A program made the position numbers and the translations under genes. From a bacterium (GTDB lineage: Bacteria > Patescibacteriota > Saccharimonadia > Saccharimonadales > JACDBH01), in the NCBI GenBank assembly GCA_029557395.1, contig JAKQIK010000011.1, forward strand, positions 1-42,057: a stretch of 42,057 nucleotides of DNA, given 5' to 3'. Position 1 is the first letter of the stretch. Each line of letters begins with the position of its first letter. The notes beneath the pieces were generated by a model. It was not told the origin of the DNA. It saw only the letters and a list, made by a program, of their open reading frames with translations, and made no database searches. Below are positions 36,761 through 42,057 of the stretch, one piece after another.

Positions 36761-37630
36761 TTAGTTCAGGTACGGATTGATGGATATCATTAAGCTAAAT
36801 ACTAGCAACAAAACAAGAGAGTACTTAAACATGAGCCTTGACCAAGCGATACTCTGGGTGTCTACTAACCCCTGAACTGCTACTATTAACCAACGTGCAC
36901 AAAATACCAACATGACTACTAGATAACTAAGTGTTCCTAGTGGTGTTGCTGAGAGAGCAATAATACAAATAATGGTTAATATAGTATAGATAAATATTTG
37001 TCGAACTGTAGATTTTACACCTCTTATCACTGAGCTGACAGGCACGCCCGCGTTAGCATATTCTTTTTGCCGAAAAATCGAAATCGAATAAAATTCCGGC
37101 ATTTGCCAAAAGAATATGATCAAGAAGAGTAAACTTGCCGTGATATCTAATTTTGGCACGACGGCCACATAGCCAGCCAAAATTGGAGCTGCACCACTTA
37201 GCGACCCAACAAGTGTACCGTGGACACTCAGACGTTTGCCCAGCGCACCATACAGCCAAACATAAGTAATAAACCCAAATACGCCAACACCAACAACAAA
37301 AAAATTCGTCCATAAGCTAAGTAATAAAATACCGAGTATGCCCAGAGCTACACCAAAAACAGTTGCCCCAGCAGTACTTACCTCACCGGTTATTAGTGGA
37401 CGTGATTTTGTACGTTCCATTTTGGCATCAATATCTTGATCTAAGACATTGTTAATTACGCAAGCAGAGCTAATTACAAAACTTGTTCCAAGTATAGTGG
37501 CCATAAACAAAGGCCAATTGACTAAACCATTTGCTGCAAACAAAAAGCCAGCTACGGTCGTTATCAGATTGCCGTACATCACCCGCGGTTTTATTAGCTG
37601 ATAATATGCTTTAATTTTTCTCTGGCTCAC
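36761..37630 (-). CDS. cyoE: Protoheme IX farnesyltransferase (heme O synthase)
   Basis: UbiA-family motif NNVLDQDIDAKMERTKSRPL; polytopic; follows cyoABCD. GTG start. Confidence 0.92.
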   Translation of the reverse strand: MSQRKIKAYYQLIKPRVMYGNLITTVAGFLFAANGLVNWPLFMATILGTSFVISSACVINNVLDQDIDAKMERTKSRPLITGEVSTAGATVFGVALGILGILLLSLWTNFFVVGVGVFGFITYVWLYGALGKRLSVHGTLVGSLSGAAPILAGYVAVVPKLDITASLLFLIIFFWQMPEFYSISIFRQKEYANAGVPVSSVIRGVKSTVRQIFIYTILTIICIIALSATPLGTLSYLVVMLVFCARWLIVAVQGLVDTQSIAWSRLMFKYSLVLLLVFSLMISINPYLN

Positions 37631-37674
37631 AACTATTAGTCTATCAGAAGATTTTATTATAACTATATCGTTTC

Positions 37675-37704
37675 ATTATATCATAATAATGTATATTTTG
37701 TCAA
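37675..37704 (-). promoter_or_regulatory. Candidate sigma70-type promoter directly upstream of cyoE
   Basis: Minus strand reads TTGACA (37704-37699), 18 nt, TATAAT (37680-37675), preceded by TATGA. Confidence 0.5.
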
Positions 37705-37710
37705 GTAATT

Positions 37711-37818
37711 CTGACCCACACGCACTTTTTGTCCTCCAGGGCGCTTTATAGGGAGCAGTTGGCTCGCCTATGGCGCTTGCTCACCCTATCCGGACATAAA
37801 AAAGTGCGTGTGGGTCAG
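37711..37818. mobile_element. MITE-like 108-bp palindromic element, copy 2, between cyoD and cyoE
   Basis: 107/108 identical to 525-632; the single difference is A37757 versus C571. It is in the same orientation. It is flanked by CAAGTAATT (37702-37710) and CAAGTTATT (37819-37827). Confidence 0.6.
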
Positions 37819-37852
37819 CAAGTTATTTACGGCGCATAATGCGTCCTTTTTA

Positions 37853-38218
37853 TTAAAAGCTACTCTTGTTGTTTTGTTCTAGCATGTATTTATCCTGTTC
37901 GTGAGGCATCATATTGTAATTGAGGTTTTTCATTATCCATAGAGTACAAACAACCAAAATAGTCACGACTATTAGAGTAAAAATAAATGTCATTAGATTG
38001 AGTCTAGGTTTCTTTTCTTCACCTAGATGTAAGAAAAAGAAGGCCTGCACAAACAGTTGTGAAACAGCTAAACCAAGAATTACATAAACAAGTGCCCAGC
38101 TCTGAAATAGCCCATCTCGAGCAACGATATAGGCGGTTATAGTGAGTAAGATAGAAAATACAAAACCGGCAGTGTAATTAATTAAACTCGAATCTATTTT
38201 ATTGGTATTTTTACTCAT
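37853..38218 (-). CDS. cyoD: Cytochrome o ubiquinol oxidase subunit IV
   Basis: 121 aa, three TM helices, 4-nt overlap with cyoC, operon position. Confidence 0.85.
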   Translation of the reverse strand: MSKNTNKIDSSLINYTAGFVFSILLTITAYIVARDGLFQSWALVYVILGLAVSQLFVQAFFFLHLGEEKKPRLNLMTFIFTLIVVTILVVCTLWIMKNLNYNMMPHEQDKYMLEQNNKSSF

Positions 38219-38808
38219 AGACTAGCTCCGATAAGATAAACAAAGCTAAAAATAAATATCCAAACTATATCCAAAAAATGCCAAAATATCCCAAGCATGG
38301 CAAGGCTACCAGATGTCTTGGTAGTAAGTCCGGATTTAGTGATTTTTTTAGTTAATACGGCTATCCAGGTTAAGCCAGTAATGATATGTAGTCCATGAGT
38401 CCCAACAAGTACAAAATATGCGGACAAAAACGCCGACTTGGTCCAGTTATGTCCCTCGTAAATTAGTTGGTTGAATTCGTAAATTTCCATACTTATGAAA
38501 GCTAAGCCAAGCAAGAAGGTAATCACTAGCCAATATAATAGTTGTTTCTTATTGCCGTTTTTAGCTGATAATACTGCTAATCCACAGGTAAAGCTGCTTG
38601 TTAACAGGATCATAGTTTCGGCGAGCACAAAAGGAAGGCTGAATAATTCTTTTGCGCCCGGGCCCCCGGCTGTTGCTCTATTTAGGACTGCATATGTTGC
38701 AAACAAGGTAGCAAACAATACACAGTCAGTCATAATATAAATCCAGAAACCAAAGTTATTTTTGCCTTGTGATTCCAGTTGATGTTTTGCAATTACAGTA
38801 TCTGTCAT
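38215..38808 (-). CDS. cyoC: Cytochrome o ubiquinol oxidase subunit III
   Basis: Five-helix subunit III pattern ([18 protein letters not shown]...GTHGLH...FWHFLDIVW). Confidence 0.93.
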   Translation of the reverse strand: MTDTVIAKHQLESQGKNNFGFWIYIMTDCVLFATLFATYAVLNRATAGGPGAKELFSLPFVLAETMILLTSSFTCGLAVLSAKNGNKKQLLYWLVITFLLGLAFISMEIYEFNQLIYEGHNWTKSAFLSAYFVLVGTHGLHIITGLTWIAVLTKKITKSGLTTKTSGSLAMLGIFWHFLDIVWIFIFSFVYLIGASL

Positions 38809-40775
38809 AAATACAGCCCTTCTCTACCAGCCTTGGCTTCTTCACGTTTTAGTTCGAGCGGACTAATAACGTACTCATGGTCATCGTTTGTCAGGTGGGT
38901 AATCAGCGTTATTATGGCACCCACAAAGCCGATAATAGCTAGCCACCATATATGCCAAATGAGCGCAAAACTCATGACAAAACTGAAGCCTGCAATGATA
39001 ATCCCTGCACCGGTATTTTTTGGCATAACAATTGGCTCAAGTTTTAGTTTTTTGGCTTTCTTTTTTGATTGTTTTTGTGCCCAGAATGAATCTATACCAC
39101 TTGCTTCTGGAATAACAGCAAAGTTGTAGTGAGGTGGTGGCGACGCGGTTGCCCACTCTAGAGTACGTCCATCCCAAGGGTCACCACCAGTGGTGTCTAC
39201 CAGTTGTTTTCGTCTGTAGATACTGTATGCTAGCTGTAGAATTTGGGTGGCCACACCGGATAGAATCATTAGTAGGCCAAACGCAGCAACAATAAATAAC
39301 CATTGCCACCCGAGGGATGCGTCGTAGTGATCGAGCCGTCTAGTGGCACCCATTAATCCTAGTACATAGAGCGGTCCAAAGGCAGTTACAAATCCTGTTA
39401 TCCATAGCCATGCAGCTAATTTTCCTAGGCCCTCGTGTAGCTTGAAACCAGTAAACTTAGGGAACCAATATGTTAGACCTGCCATGTAGCCAAAGACTAC
39501 ACCCCCAATAATCATATTATGAAAATGGGCTACCAAAAACAGACTATTGTGCACCTGAAAATCAATTGCCGGGACTGCCAGTAGGACTCCGGTCATACCG
39601 CCTATAGTAAATGTGGTGATAAAGCCCAGGAACCAAATCATCGGACTAGTAAAGGAAATCCTACCTCTAAACATGGTAAAGAGCCAGTTAAATACTTTAA
39701 CGCCTGTTGGGATAGCGATAACCATTGTCATAATACCAAAGAAAGCATTGACGTTAGCGCCTCCACCCATGGTGAAGAAGTGGTGTAGCCAAACCAAGAA
39801 AGATAAGATGGTGATAGACATAATTGCCCAGACCATTGATTTGTAACCAAATAGTTTCTTTTTCGAGAATGTAGCTACAATTTCGGAATAAATACCAAAA
39901 GCTGGTAATACGAGTATATAAACCTCGGGGTGCCCCCAGGCCCAGATGAGGTTAATATACATCATCGGGTTACCTCCATGAGTTGATGTAAAAAAATGCA
40001 TACCCATCAGCCTATCGAGTGATAGTAGCGCTAATGTTACAGTTAGGATTGGGAAAACTGCCATCACTAATGCCATGGCGCCAAGTACTGACCAAGCAAA
40101 AATCGGCATATCCATCAATTTCATGCTTGGGGCACGCATTTTGATGATAGTAACAAAGAAGTTAATGCCAGAGATTAAGCTACCTAATCCAGATAACTGT
40201 AGAGCCCAAATCCAGTAGTCTACCCCAACGCCTGGACTGTACTCAAGACCGGATAATGGTGGATAAGCTAGCCAGCCGGCTGTTGAAAATTCGCCAATTA
40301 CTAGTGAGGTATTAATTAATATAAACCCAGCAACAAACAGCCAGAAACTTAATGAGTTCAAGAATGGAAAGGCTACGTCTCTGGTCCCTAGTTGCAAGGG
40401 TAGCACAAGATTTATGATGCCAAACATAAGACCCATAGCAACAAAGAAAATCATGATGGTTCCATGAGCACTAAACACTTGTTGAAATGTATCAGAGGAC
40501 AAAAAGCCAGAGTTGCCCGATGCGATGGCTTGTTGAGCTCTAATCATTAAGGCATCACCTGCCCCGCGTAGGAGCATAACGATAGATAGAATAATATACA
40601 TGGTACCAATTTTTTTGGGATCTTGTGAAGTTAGCCAATTTTTCCATAGCCAGCCCCATTTTTTGAAATAAGTCAATGCGATAATAATTGTACAAGCTCC
40701 ACCTATCATCGTTAGAGCACCACCTATGGTGACTAATTCAGTAGGTAATGCGTCAAGACTCAATCTGCCAAACAT
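38805..40775 (-). CDS. cyoB: Cytochrome o ubiquinol oxidase subunit I (heme-copper oxidase)
   Basis: Canonical HCO subunit I motifs ([23 protein letters not shown]); 656 aa. Confidence 0.98.
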   Translation of the reverse strand: MFGRLSLDALPTELVTIGGALTMIGGACTIIIALTYFKKWGWLWKNWLTSQDPKKIGTMYIILSIVMLLRGAGDALMIRAQQAIASGNSGFLSSDTFQQVFSAHGTIMIFFVAMGLMFGIINLVLPLQLGTRDVAFPFLNSLSFWLFVAGFILINTSLVIGEFSTAGWLAYPPLSGLEYSPGVGVDYWIWALQLSGLGSLISGINFFVTIIKMRAPSMKLMDMPIFAWSVLGAMALVMAVFPILTVTLALLSLDRLMGMHFFTSTHGGNPMMYINLIWAWGHPEVYILVLPAFGIYSEIVATFSKKKLFGYKSMVWAIMSITILSFLVWLHHFFTMGGGANVNAFFGIMTMVIAIPTGVKVFNWLFTMFRGRISFTSPMIWFLGFITTFTIGGMTGVLLAVPAIDFQVHNSLFLVAHFHNMIIGGVVFGYMAGLTYWFPKFTGFKLHEGLGKLAAWLWITGFVTAFGPLYVLGLMGATRRLDHYDASLGWQWLFIVAAFGLLMILSGVATQILQLAYSIYRRKQLVDTTGGDPWDGRTLEWATASPPPHYNFAVIPEASGIDSFWAQKQSKKKAKKLKLEPIVMPKNTGAGIIIAGFSFVMSFALIWHIWWLAIIGFVGAIITLITHLTNDDHEYVISPLELKREEAKAGREGLYL

Positions 40776-41671
40776 TAGTAGCTCTCCATTTGATGATGTG
40801 ATCGATTTTGGTTTGGATACATAGGCATATACTTCTCTATTATCGTATTATATAAACCTGGCTGAAATCCAGAAAAATATTCTGGTTCTTCTATAGTGCT
40901 CGGCTGAGACAACAGCTTGTATCGATCGAGACTCAGGAAATTATCTTGATATCTTGTAACATTAGCCCAGGATTCAAACTGTTCTGGACTGGAGGAATTA
41001 ACAAGAAACTTCATGTCAGCGAAGCCTTCACCACTGATATTTGCAGAATAACCCTCGAAGTCTCCGTATTCATTAGCAATGATATGGAGCTTGGTGCTCA
41101 TGCCGTTCATGGTGTATATTTGACCAGCAAGTTTTGGTATCCAAAAAGAATTCATTGGTGCATCAGAGGTAATCTTGAGATTTATTGGGGTATCTTTGGG
41201 AATCTTTAGGTAATTGATTGTAGCAATATTTTGTTCGGGATAAATGAATAGCCACTTCCACTGTAATGATACTACCTGCACTTCTAGAGGCCTAGTTGCC
41301 TTGTCTAGCGGTTTATAAGGATCGAGCGTGTGTGATGTGCGCCAGGTAATAATACTGAGAATTAAGATGATAACAATTGGAATTCCCCACCAGACTGCTT
41401 CTAATTGGTTGTTATGGGCCCAATCTGGGGTATATTTAGCCTTTTTACTCGCCCTATATCTAAGAGAAATAAAAATCAACAGCCCGAATACTGGAATTAT
41501 TACTATCATACTGAGCCAAAAAGCGAATCTTAGAATTTCGTATTGCCGCCGGGCAATCTCGCCACTCGGTACTAGTATGGCTGGTTGCAACTTGGCTCCG
41601 TAAATTATTAATCCAGCAACAATAGATAAGGGTATTAATATAGCCAATACAGTTAGTATCTTTTTGCTCAT
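40775..41671 (-). CDS. cyoA: Cytochrome o ubiquinol oxidase subunit II (quinol type, no CuA ligands)
   Basis: [54 protein letters not shown] closely parallels the E. coli CyoA cupredoxin region, which lacks the CuA Cys/His ligands. Confidence 0.95.
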   Translation of the reverse strand: MSKKILTVLAILIPLSIVAGLIIYGAKLQPAILVPSGEIARRQYEILRFAFWLSMIVIIPVFGLLIFISLRYRASKKAKYTPDWAHNNQLEAVWWGIPIVIILILSIITWRTSHTLDPYKPLDKATRPLEVQVVSLQWKWLFIYPEQNIATINYLKIPKDTPINLKITSDAPMNSFWIPKLAGQIYTMNGMSTKLHIIANEYGDFEGYSANISGEGFADMKFLVNSSSPEQFESWANVTRYQDNFLSLDRYKLLSQPSTIEEPEYFSGFQPGLYNTIIEKYMPMYPNQNRSHHQMESY

Positions 41672-41769
41672 GCTTATTCTTATAGTAGCATGTTATGCGA
41701 TTAAGCTCTACTAAAAACCTGGATTTACTAGGAGACTTTACTAAATAGAGTTAGAATAAGAATAAGTAT

Positions 41770-42057
41770 ATGAAGTTAAGTAAAGCCAAAAAAATACTTA
41801 TATTATTAATATCAATTAGTTTATTGTTATTTTTGATTCATTTGATACTAAATTACATTAGTATCAATATTTATAATGAAAAACATGCATTTTTATTTGA
41901 ATTATCCAATCGTTTTGATTTAAATGATGAGAATAGTGTGCCACAGTGGTTCACTCAAACTATGTTTTTCTTGATTTGTTTATCTTCACTCTTGGCAGCA
42001 AGGCTGACAACAAAAAAACAAGGCTCTGGTTTCTGGTTACTGATAGCTGGACTTGGT
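41770..42057 (+). CDS. 5' part of a hypothetical membrane protein running off the window end
   Basis: My own translation from ATG 41770 is open for 96 codons to the window end (MKLSKAKKILILLISISLLLFLIHL...WFTQTMFFLICLSSLLAARL...). It has two hydrophobic helices. It is absent from the ORF track because it has no stop. Confidence 0.45.
   Translation, partial: MKLSKAKKILILLISISLLLFLIHLILNYISINIYNEKHAFLFELSNRFDLNDENSVPQWFTQTMFFLICLSSLLAARLTTKKQGSGFWLLIAGLG

Noticed and set aside
37831-37846. Small hairpin GGCGC-ATAAT-GCGTCC followed by TTTTT just beyond the cyoD stop
   Set aside because: The T-run follows the stem only on the plus strand, where no gene is being transcribed into it. On the cyo (minus) strand there is no U-tract, and the stem is only 5 bp with a wobble pair.

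Overview
Compact, AT-rich, almost fully coding 42-kb chromosomal window. Spacers are short and many stop/start codons overlap. The gene set is many orphan proteins, a membrane-anchored nuclease, and a minimal respiratory kit of NDH-2, a bo3-type quinol oxidase and an F-ATPase. That is what I would expect from a reduced-genome Patescibacteria/CPR organism, probably Saccharibacteria; this is inference and cannot be verified here.

Gene blocks, left to right:
- A possible transposase tail at the window edge, next to a truncated secreted-protein gene.
- An OmpR/HisKA two-component pair.
- Housekeeping genes: xth, pyrH, smpB, an MBL hydrolase and an HAD hydrolase.
- A divergent glycoside hydrolase / GT2 pair, then a thermonuclease.
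- A frameshifted terC, then cobO and a glutaredoxin-like gene.
- A complete F-type ATP synthase operon (atpZ/I-B-E-F-H-A-G-D-C).
- A MIP channel.
- Four orphan genes at 23.2-27.0 kb, next to a 1073-aa UvrD-helicase/RecB-nuclease fusion.
- An MFS transporter and queA.
- A respiratory island: ndh, an FAD-linked oxidase and cyoABCDE.

No rRNA, tRNA or CRISPR array was seen.

Most notable observations:
1. Two orphan ORFs (140 aa and 70 aa) sit between atpA/atpG and atpG/atpD. They are start/stop-coupled to those genes and share a VGxD(F/I)FP motif. The delta subunit is also unusually short.
2. A 108-bp, GC-rich, hairpin-forming element with 20-bp terminal inverted repeats occurs twice (107/108 identical). 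Each copy is flanked by a 9-bp direct repeat and abuts the -35 box of a near-consensus promoter. One copy lies between cyoD and cyoE.
3. The orphan cluster contains a divergently transcribed pair of apparently paralogous acidic proteins.
4. terC is broken by a 1-nt deletion in a G-run.
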